Shown in pieces: positions 12,407-22,468 of a stretch of 64,000 bases of DNA (the stretch's first letter is position 1; each line of letters starts with the position of its first letter). A program made the position numbers and the translations under genes. The notes under the pieces were generated by a model. It saw only the letters and a program-made list of their open reading frames with translations, was not told where the DNA came from and searched no databases. Source of the DNA: Opitutaceae bacterium (GTDB taxonomy: Bacteria > Verrucomicrobiota > Verrucomicrobiia > Opitutales > Coraliomargaritaceae); assembly GCA_051252375.1 (NCBI GenBank), contig JBPOFY010000003.1, positions 1 to 64,000 on the forward strand, written 5' to 3'.

Positions 12407-14452
12407 CTACGTCGGTTCGACCCATTTGCCGTGCTCTTTGATGAGATCGATTAAACGATCTAGGGCTTCTGCGGCGGGGACGTTATACTTTACGCATTCT
12501 TTGCCGACGTAGAGATTGATCTTTGCCGGGGCGCCGCCGACGTAGCCGAAATCGGCGTCGGCCATTTCGCCGGGTCCGTTGACGATGCAACCCATGATGG
12601 CGATCGTGACGCCTTTGAGGTGATCGGTGCGGCTGCGAATTTTTTGTGTCACGCTTTGCAAATCAAAGAGTGTGCGGCCGCAACTGGGGCAGGCGATGAA
12701 TTCGGTTTTGGAAATTCTGGAACGTGCGCCTTGTAAAATATTATAGGCGAGGGTGGTGGCTTTTTCTAGTAGCGGTTCGGTTTCGATACTGATCGCGTCG
12801 CCGATGCCATCGCAGAGGACGGCTCCGCTTAGAATGCTGGCTTCTAACATGCGGTCGGTGAAATAGTCTTTGGGCTCGAGTGTGTTGGTGAGTGTGTTGC
12901 GTATCCAGATCGGGGCGTCGGGCACGAAGTCTTTCGCGGCTTCGGCGAGCGCGCGGTAGCTGCCGACGGGATGCCTCTCATCGGATGGGGCGTTGCGAGT
13001 CAGTATGAGGTTAGCGCTGCCCATGGGGGCGAGCTGAGCGCCGATCTCGTCGCGTAGGGCGTTGGCAGTGCAGTCGATCGCGCAGTTGAATTTTCTATCA
13101 CGACAAAACTGAAGGAAAGTGGCGGCGTAGTAGGCGTCTTCTTGTGAGATGTGCTGCAGCAATGTGATGCCGGCGAGTCCATCTTTGGGCCATTCGAAGA
13201 CTTCGAGCTCGCTGAGGTCGACATGATCTGAGAGTTCGATGACGAAGGCTTTGACGACTGTGTGGAGCGCTTCGTGGAGTGGCTTGAAGGCTTCGAGGTC
13301 TTCGGCACTACGGACTGAGATTTGGAGGCCTTCGATCTTGCTCTCCTTCATTTTCATCTGTGTGCGGCAGACGTCTTGTATGATCTCGTTGGTCGCGCTG
13401 ACGGGATGCGCGGTTTTAACGATTACAGCGGGCACGGTTTCGCCACCGATATTGCAGCCGTTGCCGAGTTCAATAACGCGGGTTTTGCGGCGCTCAAAAT
13501 CAAAAGGGTTGATGCTGTCTTTGGTCTGTTCGGAAAGTGGACTGTCGGCTTGTTGCTCCCAGAGCGCCATGGCTTTGTCGGCGAGGTCGCGGGCGACGGG
13601 CACTTCGTAGATCGGGTCTTCGGTGAGGGAGACGCGTATGGTGTCGCCGAGTCCATCGTTGAGCAGGGTGCCGATACCAATAGCACTTTTGACGCGGGCA
13701 TCTTCGCCATCGCCAGCCTCGGTCACACCGAGGTGGAGCGGGTAGTCCATGCCTTCTTCGATCATGCGGGCTACGGCGAGGCGGTATGCCTCGACCATGA
13801 CCTTCGGATTACTGGCTTTCATCGAAAGGCAGATGTCTTGGTAGCCGTGACTCTCAGCGATGCGGATGAATTCAAGCGCGCTTTCGACCATGCCGAGCGG
13901 GGAGTCGCCGTAGCGATTCATGAGGCGGTCGGAGAGTGAGCCGTGGTTGGTGCCGATGCGCATGGCGCGGCCGAGTTCTTTGCATCGCAGCACGATGGGG
14001 CTGAAGGTTTCGTGGAGGCGTTCGAGTTCTTCGTTATACGCGGCGTCGGTATATTCGAGGACGGCAAATTTCTTTTTGTCGGCGTAGTTGCCGGGATTGA
14101 TCCGAACTTTCTCAACGTGGAGCGCGGCTTCCATCGCCGCGGAGGGGAGGAAATGGATGTCTGCCACGAGTGGGACATCGCATTTCGCGGCGCGGACTTT
14201 CTTGGAAATTTCACCCAAAGCTGCGGCGGCTTGTTTGTTCGGCGCGGTGATACGGACGATTTCACAGCCGGCTTCTGCGAGGGCGAGGGTTTGCGCTACC
14301 GTGGCGTCGACGTCCATTGTGTTGGTCGTGGTCATCGACTGGATGCGGATCGGATTGGACCCGCCGACACCGACGTTGCCGACCATGACCTCACGGGTAA
14401 GGCGGCGTTTGGCTTGGAAACGGGAAGCGCAGTAATCGAGTTGTGATGACAT
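12407..14452 (-). CDS. ispG: HMBPP synthase IspG, long three-domain type
   Basis: IRIQSMT, VADIHF, RINPGN, RIGTNHGSLS, HLGVTEAG, GDTIRVSLT, CPSCGR, MGCIVNGPGE. Confidence 0.95.
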   Translation of the reverse strand: MSSQLDYCASRFQAKRRLTREVMVGNVGVGGSNPIRIQSMTTTNTMDVDATVAQTLALAEAGCEIVRITAPNKQAAAALGEISKKVRAAKCDVPLVADIHFLPSAAMEAALHVEKVRINPGNYADKKKFAVLEYTDAAYNEELERLHETFSPIVLRCKELGRAMRIGTNHGSLSDRLMNRYGDSPLGMVESALEFIRIAESHGYQDICLSMKASNPKVMVEAYRLAVARMIEEGMDYPLHLGVTEAGDGEDARVKSAIGIGTLLNDGLGDTIRVSLTEDPIYEVPVARDLADKAMALWEQQADSPLSEQTKDSINPFDFERRKTRVIELGNGCNIGGETVPAVIVKTAHPVSATNEIIQDVCRTQMKMKESKIEGLQISVRSAEDLEAFKPLHEALHTVVKAFVIELSDHVDLSELEVFEWPKDGLAGITLLQHISQEDAYYAATFLQFCRDRKFNCAIDCTANALRDEIGAQLAPMGSANLILTRNAPSDERHPVGSYRALAEAAKDFVPDAPIWIRNTLTNTLEPKDYFTDRMLEASILSGAVLCDGIGDAISIETEPLLEKATTLAYNILQGARSRISKTEFIACPSCGRTLFDLQSVTQKIRSRTDHLKGVTIAIMGCIVNGPGEMADADFGYVGGAPAKINLYVGKECVKYNVPAAEALDRLIDLIKEHGKWVEPT

Positions 14453-14459
14453 GGTCAGG

Positions 14460-14591
14460 GGAACGTCGAACGTCCAACGTTCAATTTTGAATGATTGGGA
14501 AATTATTCGGGTTGCGTGGGTTCAACTTCAACATTCGACGTTGGAAGTTGCTCCGCCATCTCCGGCAGACCTCCGTCGGCGTTGGACGTTC
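14460..14591. repeat. Heptamer inverted-repeat element overlapping the rseP 3' end
   Basis: gaacgtcgaacgtccaacgttcaattttgaat ... attcgacgttggaagttg ... gttggacgttc. Confidence 0.8.
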
Positions 14592-16002
14592 CCTCTGGCG
14601 TTTCTTCGGCGGGCGATGCGTTGGGTTTGTCTTCGATCACTCCGGCGTCGAGACCGACGCGGAGGACGTCGCGGTAGCTGACGTAGAGCATGAAGGAAAG
14701 CAGGAGGACTATACAGACGGTGTAGGAGCCTTCCATGATTCTGCGTGGGATTGGGCGTCCAGTGAGTTTCGAGATGGTGGCAAAGGTCATGTGTCCGCCG
14801 TCGAGCACTGGGATGGGCAAGACGTTGAAGATGGCGAGATTGACGTTGATCAGAGCGAGGAACCAGACGAGGTCGATCCAACCGTAGCGAGCCATCGAAG
14901 TCAGTCCGTGGACGATGCCGATGGGGCCGCTCATGTTGCCGACTTTGACGTCGGATTTTGGACTGACCAGTGCGACTAGGGTCTGTTTCATGGTGCGTGC
15001 CATGGCGGTAATTTGCTCAACAGGATTGAGGTGCACGTGCTCGGTGGCGGCTTCGTAGTAATAAGCAAATCCAAAGCGTGGAGTGGTTTCGCCGTTTGCG
15101 ATGATAGGCTCTATCGGTAAGACTACTTCATTGCCTTCACGAAGGACGTGAAGATCGATTACGCCGCCAGTATGGTTGCTTAGATATACACTGAGGAATG
15201 CGGAGGAGGTAACGGGTTTGCCGTCGAGCGCCAGAATGGTGTCGCCTGGGAGCAGCCCTGCTTTGAAGGCCGGCATGTTTTCTTGAACCTCGCTAACGAC
15301 TAGATCGGTGCCGGGTGCGATGCCGATGGTGCGGATACTGTCGATCCCGACATCCATCAAAATCGGATAGACTGTGATTTGCTGGATGTCGTCCTCGCGG
15401 AGGATTTCAACTTCGGCAAATGCGCGACCAGCTTCGTCGCGCTGAGTGCCGGTCATGATGACGTTGTTGAGCTCGACCCAGTTGTTGATTTTGGCGCCGT
15501 CGATTCGAATAATCTGGTCGCCGATTTGTATGCCTGCCTCGTAGGCAGGACCTGGGACAGGAAGGCCTTCGTGATTGACGATTTGCTGTGGGACCGCGTT
15601 GACCTCGGTGGAGACGATTATGTCACGGCCGACGCCCCAAAGGATGAGGGAGAGACAGAAGGCGAAGATCATGTTGAAGACCGCGCCCATAACAGCGACG
15701 ATCATTTTGTCGGCATATGAAATAGGAGGCAACGCTTCGACTTCGTCGCCTTCACCGCCTTCGAGGCGACCCATATCGGCGAGTTGTGGAAGGGAGACGT
15801 AGCCACCGAGCGGGAAGAGCGAGATCCGGAAATCGGTGCCCATCCACTTCCAACCGCAGAGGCGAGGACCGAAACCAATGGAGAAACGGTCAGCGATGAG
15901 TCCACGTTTCTTGGCGGCGATAAAGTGACCGAGCTCGTGGATGAAAATGGAGAAGCCGAGCGCAAATAGGGCGATGGCGATGTAGAAGATGTTGAGAAGC
16001 AT
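14503..16002 (-). CDS. rseP: RIP metalloprotease RseP (M50, PDZ domains)
   Basis: IHELGH, FSIGFG, PLGGYV, NVLPIPVLDGG; located next to dxr. Confidence 0.95.
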   Translation of the reverse strand: MLLNIFYIAIALFALGFSIFIHELGHFIAAKKRGLIADRFSIGFGPRLCGWKWMGTDFRISLFPLGGYVSLPQLADMGRLEGGEGDEVEALPPISYADKMIVAVMGAVFNMIFAFCLSLILWGVGRDIIVSTEVNAVPQQIVNHEGLPVPGPAYEAGIQIGDQIIRIDGAKINNWVELNNVIMTGTQRDEAGRAFAEVEILREDDIQQITVYPILMDVGIDSIRTIGIAPGTDLVVSEVQENMPAFKAGLLPGDTILALDGKPVTSSAFLSVYLSNHTGGVIDLHVLREGNEVVLPIEPIIANGETTPRFGFAYYYEAATEHVHLNPVEQITAMARTMKQTLVALVSPKSDVKVGNMSGPIGIVHGLTSMARYGWIDLVWFLALINVNLAIFNVLPIPVLDGGHMTFATISKLTGRPIPRRIMEGSYTVCIVLLLSFMLYVSYRDVLRVGLDAGVIEDKPNASPAEETPEGTSNADGGLPEMAEQLPTSNVEVEPTQPE

Positions 16003-16032
16003 TTTTAAAAGGCTGAGAGCTGAAAGGGTGGG

Positions 16033-16139
16033 GAACGTCGAACGTCCAACGTCGAACGTCCAATTTTGAATGATTATGAAAATGAGTGTTGGTGGAAGGC
16101 GTTCACTATTCGATGTTGGACGTTCGACGTTGGACGTTC
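16033..16139. repeat. Heptamer inverted-repeat element overlapping the dxr 3' end
   Basis: gaacgtcgaacgtccaacgtcgaacgtccaattttgaat ... ttcgatgttggacgttcgacgttggacgttc. Confidence 0.85.
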
Positions 16140-17314
16140 GCCTTGTTCGCCTTGTTCCAGTTGCGGGCGATTTGTCTAGCTTGTGAGTCGATTTCTAGGA
16201 GTTGTTCGAGGTCGGTGACGGGTGAAGTGTCTACGGAGCCTAGAGTATGTTCGATGACCTTCGGAATATCAAGGTAGGCGAGCTCTTTGGCTAGGAAGCG
16301 CTCGACGGCGATTTCGTTGGCGGCGTTGAAGATCGCGGGTGCGGTGCCGCCGGTCCGCATGGCCTCGTAGGCGAGGCGCAGGCAAGGGTAGCGCTCCAGA
16401 TCGGGTGCTTTGAAATCGAGCTGCATGGCTTCGCTGAAATCCAGTGTCTTTTCCACTCCCGGCGCGCGGTCGGGGTGGAGTAGACAGTGCTGGATGGCAA
16501 AGGTCATAGAGGGAGGGCAGAGCTGGGCGAGGATGGAGCCGTCGATGAACTGGGCAAAGGAGTGGACGATGCTTTGCGGGTGAATGACCACTTCGAGGCG
16601 ATCCGGTTCCAAGCCGAAGAGCCAGTGGGCTTCGATTAGTTCGAGCCCTTTGTTGGCCATGGTCGCCGAATCTACGGTGATTTTTGGACCCATCGACCAG
16701 TTCGGGTGCTGGGTGGCATCGGCGGGTGTGACATCGGCAAGGCTGTCGAGCGGTTGGTCGCGGAATTGTCCCCCTGATGCGGTGAGGATGAGTTTATCTA
16801 GGTGCTCGGGGGCGTGACCTTCGATGCACTGAAAAATCGCGTTGTGTTCGCTGTCGGTCGGGAGCAAGCGCACGCCTTTACGTTTGGCGGCTTCGATGAC
16901 AAAGGCACCGCCAAGCACGAGAAGCTCTTTGTTGGCGAGGGCGATGTCTTTACCTGCCTCTATGGCGGCGAGTGCTGGCTTGAGGCCGCAGGCGCCAACG
17001 ACGGCTACGAGGACGATGTCGGCCTCGGGGAGTGTGCAGAGCTCTAGGAGAGAGGCTTGCCCACAGCTGAGTTTCGTGTCGGCGGGAAAGTGACCGGCTG
17101 TTTTTGCTGCCGAGTAGGCAGCCTTGTCGGACAGGACGGCGTGCGGGACGTGGAACTCTTTGCAGATGGCGGCGAGTTCGGCGTGCTTGCTGTTGGCTGC
17201 GACGCCGACGAGTTCTAAGCGGTCGCTATGCTCGCGCAGGACGCGGAGCGTGCTACTGCCGATGGATCCGGTCGCACCGAGGAGAATGAGTTTCTTTTTC
17301 GGTGACGACGCCAT
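16106..17314 (-). CDS. dxr: 1-deoxy-D-xylulose 5-phosphate reductoisomerase
   Basis: GATGSIG, LANKE, PTDSEH, LTASGG, HPNWSMG, NKGLE, NAANE. Confidence 0.97.
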   Translation of the reverse strand: MASSPKKKLILLGATGSIGSSTLRVLREHSDRLELVGVAANSKHAELAAICKEFHVPHAVLSDKAAYSAAKTAGHFPADTKLSCGQASLLELCTLPEADIVLVAVVGACGLKPALAAIEAGKDIALANKELLVLGGAFVIEAAKRKGVRLLPTDSEHNAIFQCIEGHAPEHLDKLILTASGGQFRDQPLDSLADVTPADATQHPNWSMGPKITVDSATMANKGLELIEAHWLFGLEPDRLEVVIHPQSIVHSFAQFIDGSILAQLCPPSMTFAIQHCLLHPDRAPGVEKTLDFSEAMQLDFKAPDLERYPCLRLAYEAMRTGGTAPAIFNAANEIAVERFLAKELAYLDIPKVIEHTLGSVDTSPVTDLEQLLEIDSQARQIARNWNKANKANVQRRTSNIE

Positions 17315-18163
17315 TTAGAAAAGGGTGTATTTGAAGAGCAAATACCCGAGAGGTGCAGTCAAAATGAGGCTGTCTGTGAGGTCGAAAATACCGCCGATGC
17401 CGGGGATGATATTGCCGGAGTCTTTGACTTCGGCTTGGCGTTTGAACGCCGACTCGACGAGGTCGGAAGCGATCGATGCGATGGAAATTGGAATCGCGAT
17501 AAGAGCGGAGAGCCACCAATGGAAACCTGCTGGTGCGTGCTCATGGAAGATCGCAAGTAGCACCAAGCCGATGATAATCGAAAAGACGATGCCGCCGGCA
17601 GCGCCTTCGTAGGTTTTTTTCGGGCTGATGACGGAGAGGGGCGTTTTGCCGAGCTTCATACCGACTAGGAGCCCGCCGACATCGGCGCATTTTGCCACTG
17701 CCACGACCCATACTGTGAGGAAGAGGCCTGTGCCGACACCTGTGCCAATGCCACTCTCTACAGCACCGATCTCGGACATCTTTACGATCTTGATCAGGAA
17801 GTGTAGGAGGAAGGGCACATAGAGCAGACCAAAGAGAGTGGGCATGAAGCTGCTGAGGCGACCTGCTTGTAGATCCATCCGGATGATGGTCATCGTGAGC
17901 ACGAGAAAGCAGATCAGGAACAAGTCATAGCCGGCATCGATGCCACCTAGATAGTAGGAGCCGAAGGTGATGATAATCCCGCAGGCGAGCCCGAGTTCTT
18001 TCATCGGTTTGAGTCCCATTTTTTCAAAGAGTTGGTAGAGCTCTAACTGGGTCAAAAAGGCAAGTGCCGTCACTAGAAACACGCCGGCGTGAATGCCGAA
18101 GATCGTGAGTGAGATGGCGAGGACGGTCCAAAGGACCGCGAAGCTGATGATTCGTTGCTTCAT
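17315..18163 (-). CDS. cdsA: Phosphatidate cytidylyltransferase
   Basis: ISPKKTYEG, DLVESAFKR, KDSGNIIPGIGG.FD..DS. Confidence 0.95.
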   Translation of the reverse strand: MKQRIISFAVLWTVLAISLTIFGIHAGVFLVTALAFLTQLELYQLFEKMGLKPMKELGLACGIIITFGSYYLGGIDAGYDLFLICFLVLTMTIIRMDLQAGRLSSFMPTLFGLLYVPFLLHFLIKIVKMSEIGAVESGIGTGVGTGLFLTVWVVAVAKCADVGGLLVGMKLGKTPLSVISPKKTYEGAAGGIVFSIIIGLVLLAIFHEHAPAGFHWWLSALIAIPISIASIASDLVESAFKRQAEVKDSGNIIPGIGGIFDLTDSLILTAPLGYLLFKYTLF

Positions 18164-18198
18164 AAAGTTATTTAGTGGTTTGTGTGGGAGCGACGCGG

Positions 18199-18942
18199 TT
18201 AAGCGTTCTGGAGTTGTTGAGTTGTTTTACCGTAGCGGCGCTCACGGTTGGCAAAGTCTTTAAGTGCGGCTTCGAAGTGCTCTTCGCTGAAGTCGGGCCA
18301 GAGGGTGTCGGTGAAATGGATCTCTGAATAGGCCGACTGGAGCATGAGAAAGTTGCTAAGTCGAAACTCACCCGAGGTGCGGATGATGAGGTCCGGATCC
18401 GGCATGTCACGGGTGTATAGGAAAGGGCGGAAAGTTTCGTAGTCGAGTTTATCGATATCGATGACGCCTGCTTTGGCTGCTTGGGCGACTGCTTTCACCG
18501 CATCGACGACCTCGGTGCGGGAGCCGTAATTGAGCGCAAGACCAAGCGTGTATTCATCAAATGCTGCGGTGGCTTCCTCGGCTTGGTGCAGGCGGTTTTG
18601 AATATTTTCTGGGAGCTCGGAGAAACGACCGACTACGCGAAGGCGGATCTTCCGTTTAATGAGCTCGGGTAGTTGATCTTGAAGAAAACGGTCGAGCAGA
18701 CTCATCAAGGCATCCACCTCGTCTTTGGGGCGATTCCAGTTTTCGACACTGAAGGCGTAAAGGGTGATATTTTTGACGCCAAATTTTTGCGCTGCACTGA
18801 GTGTGCGCTTCACGGCATCGGCACCACGGCGGTGTCCTTCGATTCGGGGTAAATGGCGTTCTTTAGCCCAGCGACCGTTGCCGTCCATGATAATGGCGAC
18901 GTGCTGTGGCGGGGTGCTGTTGCTAGGAGTATCTGATTTCAC
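18199..18942 (-). CDS. uppS: Undecaprenyl diphosphate synthase (likely GTG start at 18942)
   Basis: HVAIIMDGNGRWA, YAFSVENW, IIRTSGE.RLSNF. Confidence 0.95.
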   Translation of the reverse strand: MKSDTPSNSTPPQHVAIIMDGNGRWAKERHLPRIEGHRRGADAVKRTLSAAQKFGVKNITLYAFSVENWNRPKDEVDALMSLLDRFLQDQLPELIKRKIRLRVVGRFSELPENIQNRLHQAEEATAAFDEYTLGLALNYGSRTEVVDAVKAVAQAAKAGVIDIDKLDYETFRPFLYTRDMPDPDLIIRTSGEFRLSNFLMLQSAYSEIHFTDTLWPDFSEEHFEAALKDFANRERRYGKTTQQLQNA

Positions 18943-19108
18943 GGTGTAAAAATAAAAGCACCATAAAATACTCTCAGCGATGGGGTGCAAGGGTGGAAAG
19001 GGGGGAGATGTGAGATACGGGGAAGAGGATAGGGGATGCGGGAATATTGTATTGTGTTGCTGGGGCGGCTTCTGGATTCTAACTGCTGTCTTCTAACTCC
19101 TTACAATC

Positions 19109-19327
19109 ATGCCCACATACGTTTACGAAACCATCCCTTCGAAGAAAGGCGCGAAGCCTGCGCAGTTTGAGGTGCAACAATCGATGAAAGACGCGCCACT
19201 CAAGGTGCATCCTGAAACGGGTGAGCCCGTTCGACGGTTGATCTCGGGTGGATACGGATTCGTCGGTAACGCAAAAGAAAGCCACAACCACGGTGGCAGT
19301 TGCGGTGCCGGGTGTGGTTGTGGCTGA
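19109..19327 (+). CDS. FmdB-like small regulatory protein
   Basis: MPTYVY...FEVQQSMKD...HPETGEPVRRLIS; Cys-rich tail. Confidence 0.75.
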   Translation: MPTYVYETIPSKKGAKPAQFEVQQSMKDAPLKVHPETGEPVRRLISGGYGFVGNAKESHNHGGSCGAGCGCG

Positions 19328-19337
19328 TTTGTTAAAT

Positions 19338-19418
19338 CGTAGGGGCTTCGCTTGCGACGCCCGTGATGTCTATGAGTGGCGAATCTGTCTGGCGGTCTTC
19401 GCAAGCGAAGCCCTTACG
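19338..19418. repeat. GTAG-type REP inverted doublet (REPIN-like)
   Basis: cgtaggggcttcgcttgcga ... tcgcaagcgaagcccttacg. Confidence 0.75.
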
Positions 19419-19422
19419 GGAC

Positions 19423-19452
19423 AAAAAAACAGGCTCCCTTTTGAGGAGCCTG
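19423..19452 (-). terminator. Intrinsic terminator of the TonB receptor gene
   Basis: caggctcc-loop-ggagcctg hairpin followed by T7 on the minus strand. Confidence 0.75.
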
Positions 19453-19483
19453 TGGAACATTGAATATTAGCTAGATGTGGGAA

Positions 19484-21574
19484 TTACCAAGCGTAATTTA
19501 GAGTGGCACCAAATTGCTTCGGATCCGCAGGGTTTTCGTAGCGAGTCGGTGTCCAGTCAGGAGCTTCATTGCCGAAGAAGAAGACTCGCTTCTCGTATTC
19601 CTCGTCGAAGATGTTGCGTCCCCAGATGGTCAAGGTCCAGTTCTCGTAGCGGTAGCCAATTGCGGCATTGTAAACGATATATTCGCTACGAATACGTTGA
19701 TCACGATTATCGGGGTTGTTGGACTCGAAAAACTCATCGCTGCCAGTTACCTCAAAGTTAGCGAAGAAACCGTTGTCAGCAACATAGTCGATACGTGCGT
19801 TGTAGGTGTAGGATGGCGAACTCGACAATTCATCGCCTGTAGAATCAAGCTCGGTTGTGAGTAATCCAAGACCCGCGGTAATTGACCAATTGTTGTTGAT
19901 ATACCATGTGCTCTCTAATTCAGCACCGTAGTGTTCGGCATCTCCTGCGTTTTCAGTGCCATAATTGAATAGTAGTCCCTGACCTGCTGAACTGCGTAGC
20001 TGTGTGTCCTCGCGATCCATGTAGAAGACTGTGAGCTGAGAAATGACAGAGCCCTCGAACGATTCGGTGCTGACGCCGATCTCATAATTCCAGAGCTTTT
20101 CTGTATCGTAACTAGTCGGCTCGCCGGCGTCTAAACCTGGGAAAATGTTAGCGCCTCCTGCCTTGTAGCCTTTGGTGATCGACGCGAACAGTGTGGTGGA
20201 ATCGCATAGGTCATGTTCAAGAGTGAGTTTGCCACCAAAAAGCCAGTCGTCGAAATCAGGGTTGTCACCCAGTGACGCTTCTGTGAAATCGACTGCAGTG
20301 TCTAACTTGTAATTTTCCGCGCGCAGTCCCAAAGTTAAGCGTGTTTGATCGCTAAACAAGTGTGTGCCTTGTCCATAAAAGCTAATCGTCTGCGTCTCGA
20401 GTTGAGTCGTGAATGGATCTGGGAAGCCATTATAAATGAAGTCGTAATCTGTGCTCTCTTCAAAGTCCTCAAAATAGAAACCTGCAGTCCAACGATCGAT
20501 GAACCCGAGTGCATCCTCTCGATCAACTGAATCGAAACGAATCTCTTGGCTCCAGCGAGCGCGCTCGCGGTCGTTGATCGCAGTGCCGACGTAAGTGTCG
20601 GGGTAATCGACAAGATTCGCCCAGTCACCGTCGAAACTATTGGTGGAGTTCGTGTCGGTGTAGCTGGAAATCGTAGACACAGTGACATCATCCAGACCAG
20701 TCCATGTGCCACGCAGGCTGCCGGCGTGCGATTCCTGTTCGTCGCGGCCTGGCTCATCGGAGAAGATGTCGAATTCGGAGTTTTCCAGCGACCATTCATC
20801 ATAGCCATTGTCGGCATTGGCGTAGAATAGCGTAGCATCCCATTGCCAGTCTTCATTGGCGATCCAGCGCACTTTTAGACGAGCGTTGAATTCATCACGT
20901 TCGTTGGTGTCGTCGCGGTTTAGGTATTTGTTATCACGGAAACCGTCTTGCTCTAGCTGATATGCGGAGAAGCGGAAGGTGAGTTTCTCCGGATCGTTTT
21001 CTAGGATGGGGCCACCGACAGCGATGCCACCTCCCAGGAGAGAGTCTGTGCCAACCGTGCCTTCAACTTGACCTGTCCAGTATGAAGTTGGGGCATTACT
21101 GACAGTTTTGATCACACCACCTGCAGCATTCACACCGAAGGCACCGGCTTGCGGGCCGCGGAGGACTTCGACTTGTTGGACGTCGAAGAGATTGCCGACA
21201 GTGCCGATACCTGTAAAATCGAGGTCATCGACTAGAAAGCGCACCGAGGAGTCAGGTGTTTCGCCTTCGAACTGTGAGTTTTCGCCAATACCACGAATTT
21301 GGATATAACGAGGACGAGAGCTACCTCCGCTCCATGTTAAATTCGGGATCGAGTTGATGATATCACCGAAGTGCTGCGAGCCGCTGGTCTTGAGTGCTTC
21401 CTCGCTGATGACGCTGACGCTGGCAGTGGTTTGCTGGAGCTCGGATTCCCAGAGGCTACCAGTCACGATAGTCGTGGCTTCGAGCTGTGGGAGCGCGGCA
21501 ATCTCCGTGTTTTCTTCTGCGTGCAGGCTGCCGATTAGTGCGGCGGCTGCGAGGATAGTTACTGTTTGTTTCAT
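19484..21574 (-). CDS. TonB-dependent receptor, probably for thiamine or a thiamine precursor
   Basis: Signal peptide, IRGIG, VEVLRGPQ, C-terminal LNYAW; upstream TPP riboswitch. Confidence 0.85.
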   Translation of the reverse strand: MKQTVTILAAAALIGSLHAEENTEIAALPQLEATTIVTGSLWESELQQTTASVSVISEEALKTSGSQHFGDIINSIPNLTWSGGSSRPRYIQIRGIGENSQFEGETPDSSVRFLVDDLDFTGIGTVGNLFDVQQVEVLRGPQAGAFGVNAAGGVIKTVSNAPTSYWTGQVEGTVGTDSLLGGGIAVGGPILENDPEKLTFRFSAYQLEQDGFRDNKYLNRDDTNERDEFNARLKVRWIANEDWQWDATLFYANADNGYDEWSLENSEFDIFSDEPGRDEQESHAGSLRGTWTGLDDVTVSTISSYTDTNSTNSFDGDWANLVDYPDTYVGTAINDRERARWSQEIRFDSVDREDALGFIDRWTAGFYFEDFEESTDYDFIYNGFPDPFTTQLETQTISFYGQGTHLFSDQTRLTLGLRAENYKLDTAVDFTEASLGDNPDFDDWLFGGKLTLEHDLCDSTTLFASITKGYKAGGANIFPGLDAGEPTSYDTEKLWNYEIGVSTESFEGSVISQLTVFYMDREDTQLRSSAGQGLLFNYGTENAGDAEHYGAELESTWYINNNWSITAGLGLLTTELDSTGDELSSSPSYTYNARIDYVADNGFFANFEVTGSDEFFESNNPDNRDQRIRSEYIVYNAAIGYRYENWTLTIWGRNIFDEEYEKRVFFFGNEAPDWTPTRYENPADPKQFGATLNYAW

Positions 21575-21647
21575 TTGGATCTCAATCGTTGTGGTTGAGA
21601 TCCGGCCTCTGGCGGTGAGAAGGTTGAAGGCTTACGAAGCGCTCCGT

Positions 21648-21748
21648 TCCTTTTCCTACGCCGGTGTCAACCGGATCAGGTTCGAAGGGATCGTTTCAGT
21701 GCAGATTGCGGCGAAACATCTCAGACCAGGCTTGGTCACCCCTAAGGA
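21648..21748 (-). ncRNA. TPP riboswitch (THI-box)
   Basis: Minus strand: ggggtg...ctgaga...atcccttcgaacctgatccggttgacaccggcgtagg. Confidence 0.92.
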
Positions 21749-21819
21749 AGGTCGCCAGAAAAGTCCTATGTGGTGTGTGTTGTCAAGTGGGAAGGTTGAG
21801 CAGGATTTTCTGTCTTACA

Positions 21820-21894
21820 CCTAATCTGACTCTTAATCGTAATCTATATTTCGAGGGTGAAGAGGATTAAGAGTCAGATTAGGAGTAAGATTAT
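21820..21894. repeat. Hexamer-based inverted-repeat element
   Basis: cctaatctgactcttaatc ... gattaagagtcagattagg; relatives at 9982 and 45178. Confidence 0.75.
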
Positions 21895-21980
21895 GACGCT
21901 AGAGCTTCTAATTAATACGTTGGCTGAAAAGACCTTGCCATCGTGCACTTCCTTGTCTCAATTCAGTCTCAATAAGAAAA

Positions 21981-22463
21981 ATGGACGCAAACGAACCCAA
22001 TATTGAAAGCATTCGTGAGACCTTTAAGGAGTTTCTCACCAGCAAAGGCCTGCGCGTAACCAATCAACGGATAGCGATTTTTGATGCAGCCTATGGGCAT
22101 CCCGATCACTTCACAGCGGAGGATTTGTTGGATCGTGCGCGTGAGATCGACGACTCTGTTTCGCGGGCGACGGTGTATCGTGCCTTGCCGATTTTGACCG
22201 AGAGTAGCCTGATCCGTGAGGTGGATGTGGGCCGCGATTATAAGTTCTATATGGCGAATAAAAACGCCACCACTTTTCAAGCGCAGGTGATTTGTTTGGA
22301 CTGTGATAAAATCTTCGAAATTGATGCCCCTTTCATGGAGTGGTATGGCAAAACAGTGGCCGACAAGTTGGCGCTCAATGTTGAAAGCCAGCGCTTACAG
22401 GTGACCGCGCATTGCAATGAATTGAAGGCTGCGGGCATCTGCAAACGCGGAGGTAAAGTCTAG
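21981..22463 (+). CDS. Fur-family transcriptional regulator (atypical)
   Basis: [30 protein letters not shown]. Confidence 0.88.
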   Translation: MDANEPNIESIRETFKEFLTSKGLRVTNQRIAIFDAAYGHPDHFTAEDLLDRAREIDDSVSRATVYRALPILTESSLIREVDVGRDYKFYMANKNATTFQAQVICLDCDKIFEIDAPFMEWYGKTVADKLALNVESQRLQVTAHCNELKAAGICKRGGKV

Positions 22464-22468
22464 TCGAG

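Noticed and set aside
21648..21748. Cobalamin riboswitch with btuB, expected from the many B12 enzymes
   Set aside because: The motifs are those of the TPP riboswitch (ctgaga, gaacctgat...gcgtagg); no B12 box is seen.
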